Source: an uncultured Victivallales bacterium
GTDB taxonomy: Bacteria > Verrucomicrobiota > Lentisphaeria > Victivallales > UBA1829
NCBI GenBank assembly: GCA_944390795.1
Contig: CALXRI010000001.1
Location: forward strand, 221,979-285,978
Direction: 5' to 3'
DNA length: 64,000 nt
The translations under genes were made by a program, and so were the position numbers. Numbering within the stretch: position 1 is the first letter of the stretch; each line of letters opens with the position of its first letter. Positions 47,966 to 56,771 of this stretch are shown here, piece after piece. The notes under the pieces were generated by a model, which was not told the DNA's origin, ran no database searches, and saw nothing but the letters and a program-made list of their open reading frames with translations.

Positions 47966-49684
47966 ATGAAAGGATTTCTGCTGCTTGCCGCCGTGTGCGT
48001 TTCCCTGAATGCCGCGTGCGAAACTCTCTGGAAGGAACCGGGAAAGAAACTGATTCATCTGGGCTGGGATTCGCCGGATGTGGATTATCTGCACAAAAAC
48101 ATCCGTGCAATGGAGGACGGGTCGCCGTTCGACGGAGTACGGGTGAAAATCGATACCGTCGTCCGTGCGGGCGCGGACAGGCGGGAGGAGATTCTGAATG
48201 AATATACGTTCACTGGAAAGAAACGCTGGCGCTATGAATGGCTGAAAGAAACGGAGAGGAAACTGAAGGAAATTGAGTTCCGGCAGTTTACGGACAATCT
48301 CCTTGCTGCCAGTTTCAGGGAGCGCAGCCCGTGGTTCAACGACAGCGAATGGGAGAATCTCGTCAATAATTACGCCATGCTGGCCCGCCTTGCCAGAAAT
48401 ACGGGATTCAAAGGGCTCTCCATCGACGTGGAACAGTACTGGAAGGGAAAAGAGCAGTTCCAGTACAAGGCGGAGGAAGACGGCCCCTCCTATGAGAAAG
48501 CCTGTGCGAAAGCCAGGGAGCGCGGCCGGGCGTTCATGAATGCCATTGCCCGGGAATATCCCGGAATCACTCTCTTTTTCACCTATTTCCACAGCATCAA
48601 TTTTCCCGCTGCAAAAGCCTCGGATACGGAAAGAATGCTGAAGACCGCCCCCTATGACAAATACAATCTTTTTGTTCCGTTTTCCAATGGAATGCTGGAT
48701 GTGATTCCGCCGGAAGCGAAAATCCTTGACGGATGCGAAAATCTCGGCTATGTGGCGGAGAATCAAATTGATTTCTACCGGATGCACCATATCCAGAAAA
48801 GTCTTCAGGAACGTCTGGTTTATCCGGAAAACTTCAAGAAATCAAGGGCACAGGTCAGTTTTGCCCCTTCCATCTGGCAGGATGTTTATCTCCTGGACCG
48901 CAAGGATGACTGGGCGTTGCGCCACAGACCGGAGAACCGCCTGCAATACCTGGAACGGAACCTGGCCTGGACCATGAATGTTGCGGATGAATATGTCTGG
49001 GTTTTCACATGCAAGGGAAAATGGTGGGATATTCCCTACAAGCCCTGGCAGGAGAAAACGGGCAAAGTCCAGCTCTGGGAAACACTTTTCCCGGGAATCC
49101 GCGAGGTCATGCTCCGGGCGAAAGACGCCACGCGCTGGTTTGCGGAAAACCCGCATGACAACTTTCCGAACCGGATCAAAAATCCCTCCTTCCGCGGCGG
49201 ACGTCAGGCTGCGGAAAAAACGGGACCGCATATTGCCGGCGCCGCCGCTTCAAAACTTCCCGGATGGAGCATCATTCCCAAAGATGCGGTGTTCCTCCGG
49301 GAAGATGCCAGCGGAACAGGCGGAAACAGCGGCGTTCTGCTTGCGAAAAACGGCGGGCTGATCCTGCAGACCGTTCCCGTTGAGCCTGGATCGCGTTACT
49401 ATGTCGGTGTCGAGATCAAAAATGACGACCGGAAGGACAATGCGAAACTGACCGTTCAGTGGATTGCAAAAGCCACCGGGAAATGGGATGCCTGGAGAAA
49501 TCCCGCACAGGCCTTTTTCCCGCGCGGCAGAGGAGAGGACGGATGGGCCCGCTACGGCGAGGTTCTGGATGTGCCGGACGGCGTTACGCATATCGGAATT
49601 ATTCTCTCCACCGGGATGAAATCCGGAGCGGCCCCTCTGCCCGAATGCCGTTTCCGCAATGTGAAGCTCCTGAAGATTTTCTGA
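47966..49684 (+). CDS. Secreted 572-aa protein, putative glycan-active enzyme with a C-terminal beta-sandwich (CBM-like) domain
   Basis: Signal peptide MKGFLLLAAVCVSLNAAC. No family recognised. Function is inferred only from context and the C-terminal jelly-roll-like sequence. Confidence 0.55.
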   Translation: MKGFLLLAAVCVSLNAACETLWKEPGKKLIHLGWDSPDVDYLHKNIRAMEDGSPFDGVRVKIDTVVRAGADRREEILNEYTFTGKKRWRYEWLKETERKLKEIEFRQFTDNLLAASFRERSPWFNDSEWENLVNNYAMLARLARNTGFKGLSIDVEQYWKGKEQFQYKAEEDGPSYEKACAKARERGRAFMNAIAREYPGITLFFTYFHSINFPAAKASDTERMLKTAPYDKYNLFVPFSNGMLDVIPPEAKILDGCENLGYVAENQIDFYRMHHIQKSLQERLVYPENFKKSRAQVSFAPSIWQDVYLLDRKDDWALRHRPENRLQYLERNLAWTMNVADEYVWVFTCKGKWWDIPYKPWQEKTGKVQLWETLFPGIREVMLRAKDATRWFAENPHDNFPNRIKNPSFRGGRQAAEKTGPHIAGAAASKLPGWSIIPKDAVFLREDASGTGGNSGVLLAKNGGLILQTVPVEPGSRYYVGVEIKNDDRKDNAKLTVQWIAKATGKWDAWRNPAQAFFPRGRGEDGWARYGEVLDVPDGVTHIGIILSTGMKSGAAPLPECRFRNVKLLKIF

Positions 49685-49919
49685 TGTTCCCGCGGGATTC
49701 CGTTTTCCGTTCCGGAGCCGGAATCCCATCATGCAGAAGCCGCGCCGTGATTTCACAGGACGTCTGCGTCCTTGATCTCCGGGGCGGCTTGCCGTTTTCT
49801 CCGTGACTGTTTCCAGGAAAAGAGCCTGTCCAGCGTGTTTCCGGACGGATTTCCCGAATCGCAATCTCTTTCGCCCGGCAAAGAGCACTGTGAAAATCGG
49901 CGGAAATCCGCCGATGCAT

Positions 49920-49947
49920 AAAAAAACCCCGCAGAGATACGGGGTTT
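49920..49947 (-). terminator. Rho-independent terminator of the small basic protein gene
   Basis: On the minus strand: AAACCCCG-TATCTCTG-CGGGGTTT followed by a T run. A second hairpin (49896-49915) follows. Confidence 0.8.
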
Positions 49948-49972
49948 CAGTAAAAACAATGAAAAACGAAGA

Positions 49973-50176
49973 TCAGGCCTTGCCGACTTTGCATTTCAGC
50001 TTGTCGTAATCTTCCTTGGCAACAAACTTCGTCAGGTTCGTGCCGTCATCGTCTTTCGCTCTGACTGCATAGCGTTTCTGAATGCCTTTGCTTGTCTTTC
50101 TCTCGTAGACAACCTTGGTGCACTTTGCCTCGGCGACCTCGACTTTGCTTCTCTTCTTGACGTTGTAGAACTGCAT
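49973..50176 (-). CDS. 67-aa lysine-rich basic protein, unknown family (possibly nucleic-acid binding)
   Basis: MQFYNVKKRSKVEVAEAKCTKVVYERKTSKGIQKRYAVRAKDDDGTNLTKFVAKEDYDKLKCKVGKA has 15 K, 4 R and 9 D/E. RBS GAAGGGAG. Monocistronic, flanked by an AT-rich upstream region and terminators. Confidence 0.7.
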   Translation of the reverse strand: MQFYNVKKRSKVEVAEAKCTKVVYERKTSKGIQKRYAVRAKDDDGTNLTKFVAKEDYDKLKCKVGKA

Positions 50177-50367
50177 GTTGCTGCTCCCTTCTGTGTTGGT
50201 TTTCAGATACGCTCCGTATCTTGCGCTACTAAAAAATTATCATGCAAGAAAACAAATGCAAATCAAATATTGAAAAATCCTCAATTTTTTTGAGGTTATT
50301 TTGAATCTGACGCCGTTTTTCCCGGGGAAATCAAAAAAAAAGCAGTTTTCCGGAGAGAAAAAACCTT

Positions 50368-50919
50368 TCAGAATTCCATCAGTCCCATTGCGTAGGAGAG
50401 CAGTTTTCCGTCCACGGCTTCGCCGCGGCGGTCCGCCTCCGTCAGGAAATCCGCCAGGCGGCGTTTTTCAATCAGAAGCGTTTCAATGTCCTCGGATTCG
50501 TCGAACTGCGTCCGGAGTTCGCCCTGTTCCGCTTCCTCCGCCTCCATCAGAGCCAGACGCGTCGCTTCGGACGTCAGTCCGGGAGAGCTGTATGCGGGAG
50601 GGAGAAGACGCAGAACTTTTCCACGGTAACCGGTTTCTTCGCGCAGTTCCCGCACGGCGGTTTCCTCCGGACTTTCTCCCGGATTGACAAGTCCTGCGGG
50701 GAACTCGATCGTGAGGCGGTTCACCGGCGGACGGTACTGGCGGACGAGAATCAGACGGTTGGAAGGTCTGAGCGTGCAGATCATGGCCACCGCTCCGGCG
50801 CAGTTCCGGCGCGCTGCCGCCTCCCAGGAGCGGATTTTTCCTTTCCGGTCCACATATTTGAGTTCATTCAGAAGGAGCCAGTGTCCCGCGCCGATTGTTT
50901 CACATGCAATTCGTTTCAT
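50368..50919 (-). CDS. NUDIX hydrolase (ADP-ribose pyrophosphatase-like)
   Basis: Nudix box GLVNPGESPEETAVRELREETGY. Start moved to ATG 50919 (MKRIACE). Confidence 0.85.
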   Translation of the reverse strand: MKRIACETIGAGHWLLLNELKYVDRKGKIRSWEAAARRNCAGAVAMICTLRPSNRLILVRQYRPPVNRLTIEFPAGLVNPGESPEETAVRELREETGYRGKVLRLLPPAYSSPGLTSEATRLALMEAEEAEQGELRTQFDESEDIETLLIEKRRLADFLTEADRRGEAVDGKLLSYAMGLMEF

Positions 50920-51140
50920 AAGATTCCGCCTTGTTTTTGATAAAAAAATGAAAAGATGCTTGAATATACTCCGGTTTATGCTAAAGTATAGCATCATTTG
51001 AGAGATTGTAATCCCTTATCTGTCCTTTTTCACTGTGTTTCTGCAGTGTCATTTCCCGTTGTTTCCGCAGAAACTCCTTATGGTTTTCAGGGAAGGCAAG
51101 GAAAGATCACATCCTTTATGATAAAATCGGTTCGGGAGAG

Positions 51141-51734
51141 TTGTTGTTGAAATTAATCGGTCTGACGGGCGGTCCCGGCTGCGGGAAATCCGCCGTGTTG
51201 AAAATTTTTGCGTCATTCGCTTCCTGGCGGGTGTTTGACGCCGATGAAATCTGCCATGAACTCTATGCGGAGAAAAACAGCCCCTTTGCGGAGCGGATTG
51301 CCGCGCGCTGGGGGAGGGATTTCCTGCTGAAGGACGGAACGCCGGACCGTGCGAAGATTGCCGGAATGGTGTTCGGGCGCAAGGAAGAGCTTGCCTGGCT
51401 GAATTCCCTGGTGCATCCGGAAATCATGCGCCGGGTGGAGCGCGGAATCGACGCCTGCGGCTGCACCGATCATGTGATGCTTGATGCGCCGCTGCTTTTC
51501 GAGGCGGGATGGAACCGGTTTGCGGATTCGGTCGTTGCGGTCTGGTCGTCGCCGGAAGTGCAGATGGAGCGGCTTCTCGCCCGCGGCTGGACCCGGGAAC
51601 ATGCCGGGGCGCGGATCGCCGCCCAGATGTCCGCATCCGAAAAGCTTGAGCGTGCGGATTACGGCATCATCAACAATGCCTCGCCTGCCGTGCTGGAGAC
51701 GCAGTGCGCCGAACTTGAAAAGAAATTAAAATAA
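51141..51734 (+). CDS. coaE: Dephospho-CoA kinase
   Basis: IGLTGGPGCGKSAV P-loop at the N-terminus. Three tandem TTG codons (51141-51149) follow RBS GGGAGAG, so the exact start is uncertain. Confidence 0.85.
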   Translation: MLLKLIGLTGGPGCGKSAVLKIFASFASWRVFDADEICHELYAEKNSPFAERIAARWGRDFLLKDGTPDRAKIAGMVFGRKEELAWLNSLVHPEIMRRVERGIDACGCTDHVMLDAPLLFEAGWNRFADSVVAVWSSPEVQMERLLARGWTREHAGARIAAQMSASEKLERADYGIINNASPAVLETQCAELEKKLK

Positions 51735-51776
51735 GTGAAATAACGCAGAAGATTCAACCCATTCAGGAGTTTTCCC

Positions 51777-53972
51777 ATGGAAAAAAGCACACCCAGAGAA
51801 AGAAAAACACGTGCAAAGGCGGTCGGTCCCGCTCCTTCTCAGCCTGAAAACAGCAATATGCCGGAAGGGCTGCCGTCCGGGGAGATTTTCCCGCGGCCGG
51901 AGGAAACCGCCCGGGAGAACGGTTCTGCGGAAACACAACCGTCCGGGGATCAGCCTGTTCCCGCTCCCGCCGTAGAACAGCCGGAGACAGCGGGCAAGGA
52001 GGATATTCCGGCGCGTCCCCGCCCGAAAACCTGTTCCGAATCCCGCAGAAGACAGCGGAACAGGGAGCCGGAGCAGGAGACCTTTTTCGAAAACGCCCAG
52101 CCGGATCTGCTGGTTGTGCCTTCCGAACCGGTCGGCGCAGTTTCCTTCGGCCCGCCGGAAGACGATGCGGACGATTCCTACACACCGGCTCCGGAACCGA
52201 TTTCCGCCACCTATGTGGATCCGGCTCCGCCGGTGACGGATCCGGATGCGATGGAAGACGCCTATCTTGCAGCGGAGCAGGAAACATCTTCCGGAGATTA
52301 CCGGCGTGATTACTGCAATGCTCAGAACAGCACTCCGCAGCGCAACGGCAGTTATCCGCAGCGCCGTCCGGCGAACAATTATGACCGCCAGCAGCGCTAT
52401 CAGGACAATAACAACCGCCGCAACAACAATAACAATAACGGCAGCAACAATCAGCGCCGCCGCTTCCAGCCCGGTCAGAACAACGGCCAGCGGAACAGCG
52501 GTTACGACGATGATTATCAGGACAACCGCCGATATTATCACAATAACGGCCAGGCGCGACCGCAGACTTACAGCGAATACCAGCAGCAACAGCAGAATCT
52601 GAATAATTTGCAGAACGCTTCCGCCGGACAGACTCCTGCCGCATCTCAGACTGCGCCGGAAACGCAGCCGGAAGCGGGCGGCGCCCAGCCTTCCCCGGCG
52701 GACTCCAGGCCCAATCCGCCCAGTTTGAATATCTCCGAGCTGCAGGAAATGTCCATGCTCGACCTGAGCAATATGGCGCGTGAGATGGGGATTGAAGGCG
52801 TCGGCGCACTGGAGAAATCCAAGCTTGTCTTTGAAATCCTGCGCAGCAATGCCGAACGCAACGGCATCATGTACGGCAGCGGATTCCTTGAAGTGCTTCC
52901 GGACGGCTTCGGCTTCCTGCGTTCTCCTGCATACAGCTACCTTCCCTCTTCGGAGGATATTTATCTCAGTCCGTCGCAGATCCGCCGGTTCTCCGTGAAG
53001 ACCGGCGACTTCATCGCCGGCCAGATCCGGCCTCCGCGCGAAAAGGAGCGTTTTTTCGCCATGCTCAAGGTGGAGTCCATCAATCATGAATCGCCGGAAC
53101 GCAAGAAGAACATCATTCCGTTCAGCAACCTGACGCCTTACTTTCCGACCAGGCGTCTGATTCTGGAAAACGATCCGGAAGAGGTGTCCATGCGCGTGGT
53201 CGATCTGGTTTCCCCGATCGGCATGGGGCAGCGCGGCCTGATTGTCGCGCCTCCGAGAACCGGAAAAACGGTTCTGATGCAGAAAATGGCGAATGCGATC
53301 GTCAGAAACAACCCGGAGGTGACTCTGATTATCCTGCTGATCGACGAGCGTCCGGAAGAGGTGACGGACATGAAACGCTCCGTGAAGGCGGAAGTGGTCA
53401 GTTCAACCTTCGACGAACCGCCGGAACGTCATGTCCAGGTTGCCGAAATGGTGATCGAAAAGGCCAAGCGTCTTGTGGAATACGGCAAGGATGTCGTGAT
53501 TCTGCTCGACTCGATCACCCGTCTGGCGCGCGCCTACAACACCCTTCAGCCGCACAGCGGCAAAATTCTCTCGGGCGGTGTGGACGCGAATGCGCTGCAC
53601 AAGCCGAAACGCTTCTTCGGCGCCGCCCGGAACATCGACGGGAACGGAAGCCTCACGATTATCGCGACCGCCCTGATCGACACCGGAAGCCGCATGGACG
53701 AGGTGATCTTCGAAGAGTTCAAGGGAACCGGAAACATGGAGCTGCATCTGGATCGTCATCTGGTCGACCGCCGGGTGTATCCTGCGATCAACATCGAGCG
53801 CAGCGGCACCCGGAAGGAGGAGCTTCTGCTTCATCCCGAGGAGCTTCAGAGAGTCTGGACGCTGCGCAAGGCGATGAACGGCGTTCCGCCTGTGGAAGCC
53901 ATGGAGCTCATCATCGGCAAGCTCAAGAAAATCAAGACCAATGCCGAGTTCCTGATGACGCTTCAGGTGTAG
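51777..53972 (+). CDS. rho: Transcription termination factor Rho with a 315-aa N-terminal low-complexity extension
   Basis: Canonical Rho runs from about aa 316: [31 protein letters not shown], Walker [46 protein letters not shown]. Confidence 0.95.
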   Translation: MEKSTPRERKTRAKAVGPAPSQPENSNMPEGLPSGEIFPRPEETARENGSAETQPSGDQPVPAPAVEQPETAGKEDIPARPRPKTCSESRRRQRNREPEQETFFENAQPDLLVVPSEPVGAVSFGPPEDDADDSYTPAPEPISATYVDPAPPVTDPDAMEDAYLAAEQETSSGDYRRDYCNAQNSTPQRNGSYPQRRPANNYDRQQRYQDNNNRRNNNNNNGSNNQRRRFQPGQNNGQRNSGYDDDYQDNRRYYHNNGQARPQTYSEYQQQQQNLNNLQNASAGQTPAASQTAPETQPEAGGAQPSPADSRPNPPSLNISELQEMSMLDLSNMAREMGIEGVGALEKSKLVFEILRSNAERNGIMYGSGFLEVLPDGFGFLRSPAYSYLPSSEDIYLSPSQIRRFSVKTGDFIAGQIRPPREKERFFAMLKVESINHESPERKKNIIPFSNLTPYFPTRRLILENDPEEVSMRVVDLVSPIGMGQRGLIVAPPRTGKTVLMQKMANAIVRNNPEVTLIILLIDERPEEVTDMKRSVKAEVVSSTFDEPPERHVQVAEMVIEKAKRLVEYGKDVVILLDSITRLARAYNTLQPHSGKILSGGVDANALHKPKRFFGAARNIDGNGSLTIIATALIDTGSRMDEVIFEEFKGTGNMELHLDRHLVDRRVYPAINIERSGTRKEELLLHPEELQRVWTLRKAMNGVPPVEAMELIIGKLKKIKTNAEFLMTLQV

Positions 53973-54002
53973 TTCCCGCGCGGCGGCTTCAGCGCTGCAT
54001 GA

Positions 54003-54053
54003 AGCAGGAATGCATGACGGCTCCGATTTGCCGGGTGCATTCCTGCTTTTTTT
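54003..54053 (+). terminator. Rho-independent terminator after rho
   Basis: AGCAGGAATGCA - 21-nt loop - TGCATTCCTGCT followed by TTTTTTT. Confidence 0.75.
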
Positions 54054-54096
54054 GTATTCGGATTATTCTTCCGCCCGTCCGGATGAAGCGGAAAAA

Positions 54097-54160
54097 CCGC
54101 TGCGCAAGCCGGTCGCCATAGGCGAAATTTCCGATGCGTGCGTGCGCTCCGCACCGGGGC
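54097..54160 (+). repeat. Mosaic intergenic repeat, copy D
   Basis: GCTGCGCAAGCCGGTCGCCATAGGCGAAATTTCCGATGCGTGCGTGCGCTCCGCACCGGGG, about 85 percent identical to copy C. Abuts the apgM stop codon. Confidence 0.6.
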
Positions 54161-54163
54161 AGT

Positions 54164-55390
54164 TCATTTCAAATTCAGGACCCGGCGCATGAACTCGTCC
54201 CCGTGCAGGAAGCCGAGCGAACCGTTCGGAGCGTCTTTTTCGGAATAACGCATGACGGAGTCCGGCGTGATGTGTTCCCCGCAGATCGCAACGGGAACCG
54301 GGGTGCGGGTGTGTTTCCGCAGATGAATCGGAACCGGGTGGTCGGGCAGAATGGCAAACGTGACCCCGCAGCCTTCGAACGCCTTCATGACGGGAGCGAC
54401 GATGCGCTCCTCGAACTCCCGGATCGCCCTCATCTTGAGTTTCAGGTCACCGAGATGGGAGCATTCGTCAATTGCCTCGAGGTGCACATAGACCATATCG
54501 TGATCGTTGAGCGCGCGGATTGCCGCCTGCGCCTTGCCTTCGTAGTTTGTGTCGATGAATCCGGTTGCGCCCGGCACCTTGATGACGTCCATTCCGGCGC
54601 ATTTCGCAATGCCGGAAATCACGTCCACGGCGCTGATGACGGCTCCGGTCTTCCCCTCGTATTTCTCCGAGAAGGCGGTGAAATGCGGCTTGCGTCCGGG
54701 ACTCCACGGCCAGATCCGGTTCGCGGGGACCGCGGCATCCCTGTTGAGGGGATGATTTTCCAGAAATGCGGCGGTTTTTTCCGAAAGCTCCTTCAGGAAA
54801 GCGACCGTGTGCGCGGCCTCCGGGGAACCGTTCAGCGGAGAGAGTTCCAGTTCGGACACCGGCTCATCCTGCGAGGAGTCCGGTTTGAAGTAATTGATGT
54901 CCGGGCTGAATTCCTTTCCGTGGAGCACCAGAAGGTTCCGGTAGCTTACGCCGGGATGGAAGGTGACTTTGTCCGAACCGAAGTTTTCCTGAAGGTCCTG
55001 CATGATCCGGGCGGAGATGCTGTTGTCGATGTGTCCGGCGGAGTAGTCCCTCAGGATGCCGTCGCGGACGTTGACCAGATTGCAGCGCCATGCGATGTCG
55101 TCGCTTTCGAGCGCGATTCCCTGGCTTTCGGCTTCGATCGGGCCCCTGCCGGGATAAAACTGCGCGAGACTGTATCCCATGACGGACATGTTCGCCGCAT
55201 CGGAGGAGGTCGGAAAGCCGTCCGGGAGGCTGAGGAACGTTCCGGAGGCGCCGTTTGCCGCGATGCTGTCCATGAATGGGGTTTCCACGGCCTCAAGCGG
55301 TGTCTTTCCGCCAAGTTCCGCCAAAGGTTCGTCCGCCATGCCGTCGGCAAGAAAGATCACAGCCTTTCCCCTGTAGTGATTCCCGTTCAT
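54164..55390 (-). CDS. apgM: Cofactor-independent phosphoglycerate mutase, archaeal type
   Basis: KAVIFLADGMADEPL..GKTPLE..TPFMD N-terminus and the metalloenzyme-superfamily motifs VHLEAIDECSH and DHPVP. Confidence 0.8.
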   Translation of the reverse strand: MNGNHYRGKAVIFLADGMADEPLAELGGKTPLEAVETPFMDSIAANGASGTFLSLPDGFPTSSDAANMSVMGYSLAQFYPGRGPIEAESQGIALESDDIAWRCNLVNVRDGILRDYSAGHIDNSISARIMQDLQENFGSDKVTFHPGVSYRNLLVLHGKEFSPDINYFKPDSSQDEPVSELELSPLNGSPEAAHTVAFLKELSEKTAAFLENHPLNRDAAVPANRIWPWSPGRKPHFTAFSEKYEGKTGAVISAVDVISGIAKCAGMDVIKVPGATGFIDTNYEGKAQAAIRALNDHDMVYVHLEAIDECSHLGDLKLKMRAIREFEERIVAPVMKAFEGCGVTFAILPDHPVPIHLRKHTRTPVPVAICGEHITPDSVMRYSEKDAPNGSLGFLHGDEFMRRVLNLK

Positions 55391-55434
55391 ATTCCGAATT
55401 CCTTCCGGTTGAAAAATTTCATTGACAAGCCGGA

Positions 55435-55463
55435 AATATAGCCTGCGGGAGGTGTTTTTTCAA
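55435..55463 (-). promoter_or_regulatory. Sigma70-type promoter of apgM
   Basis: On the minus strand: TTGAAA - 17 nt - TATATT. Confidence 0.5.
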
Positions 55464-55515
55464 AAAAAAAATTTTCGTTGTGATCGTTTTTGTCATAGAA
55501 TGATCAAGAAAGCCA

Positions 55516-55544
55516 TTGATTTCCGGGAAAGCCCGTCCATATTA
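55516..55544 (+). promoter_or_regulatory. Putative promoter of the oxidoreductase gene
   Basis: TTGATT - 17 nt - ATATTA. Confidence 0.4.
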
Positions 55545-55595
55545 CCGGAGAATGTTTTTCAGAGCGAAACCAAATTGTGAAAGGTATGCGGAACC

Positions 55596-56660
55596 ATGTC
55601 TGCCGGAAAGCAAATCAGGGTCGGAATCATCGGATGCGGCGTCATTGCCCCGTGTCATATCGGAAGTTATCTCAAACTGCCGGGGGTCAAGGTCGTTCAT
55701 CTCTGCGACAAGGTCATTTCCAAAGCGGAAAAGCTCGCCGCGGAACACGGGATTGAAAAAGTCTCGCAGGATTACAGGAAGCTGCTTGCCGATCCGGAGG
55801 TCGACGCCGTGTCGGTCTGCACGGATCACGCGAGTCATTCGCAGATCGCAATCGACGCACTGGAGGCCGGCAAACACGTGATCTGCGAAAAGTCGCTGGC
55901 TTCCTCCAAGGAAAAGCTTGACGCCATGCTCGCCGCTGCGCGCCGCCATCCGGAGCTGGTGTTCAGCGGGGTTTTCCAGCACCGCTTCGACGCCGGTTAC
56001 AATTATGTCCGCAGCATTGTCTCCGACGGGGTTTTCGGCAGGATGCTGACCGCGAACCTGAATGTGCTCTGCCTGCGCACCAATGAATACTACAATGCCG
56101 ACGCCTGGCGGGGAACCTGGGCTGAGGAGGGGGGCGCCCTTCTCATCAATCAGGCCATTCACTTCATCGACATGATCGCCTGGCTGGTGGGCGGAGTCGA
56201 GTCGGTGTCCGCGTGTTATGCCAATCTGAATCATCAGGGGGTGATCGAGTGCGAGGATACGGCCGCCGCCGCTGTTGTCTACAGAAACGGCGCGCTCGGC
56301 ACGATTTCCGCCACCTCCGCCAGTCCGATCACCTGGGAGCCGACCATCTCCTTCAACGGCACCGCCGGGAGTATGGACATCCGGAACGGGGAGCTTCTGC
56401 GGATCGACCTCAAGGACAAGGATCTGGAGGAGAAAATCCGCTCCGGGTTCCGGAACATCAAGGAGGAGGGCGAGCTCCTGATCAAGTCGAAGGATTATTA
56501 CGGTTCCGGGCATCCCCAGCAGCTGAACAACTTCATTCAGGCGATCCGCGGGGAGGCGTCTTTGAAAGTGCCGGTGGAATCCGCCGCGCACGCGCCGGAC
56601 ATCGTTCTTTCGATCTACGAGTCCTTCAACACGGGGAAACGCGTCCGGATCACGCACTGA
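55596..56660 (+). CDS. Gfo/Idh/MocA-family NAD(P)-dependent oxidoreductase
   Basis: IRVGIIGCGVIAPCH Rossmann N-terminus and the EKSLA motif. Confidence 0.85.
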   Translation: MSAGKQIRVGIIGCGVIAPCHIGSYLKLPGVKVVHLCDKVISKAEKLAAEHGIEKVSQDYRKLLADPEVDAVSVCTDHASHSQIAIDALEAGKHVICEKSLASSKEKLDAMLAAARRHPELVFSGVFQHRFDAGYNYVRSIVSDGVFGRMLTANLNVLCLRTNEYYNADAWRGTWAEEGGALLINQAIHFIDMIAWLVGGVESVSACYANLNHQGVIECEDTAAAAVVYRNGALGTISATSASPITWEPTISFNGTAGSMDIRNGELLRIDLKDKDLEEKIRSGFRNIKEEGELLIKSKDYYGSGHPQQLNNFIQAIRGEASLKVPVESAAHAPDIVLSIYESFNTGKRVRITH

Positions 56661-56771
56661 GACCGCTCCGGCGTCTTGATTTTTCGGTTTTTTCCCGCAG
56701 GAATCCGGCTTGCAAAACGTCGCTTTGCGGCGTATATTACCCGTTTCCATCCTAACGAAAGGGAGTATGAC

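Noticed and set aside
52317-52616. AAC/AAT/CAG-rich DNA in rho as a possible microsatellite or CRISPR-like repeat
   Set aside because: The repetition is at the amino-acid composition level (N/Q/R codons) with no fixed-period nucleotide unit, and it stays in frame within rho.
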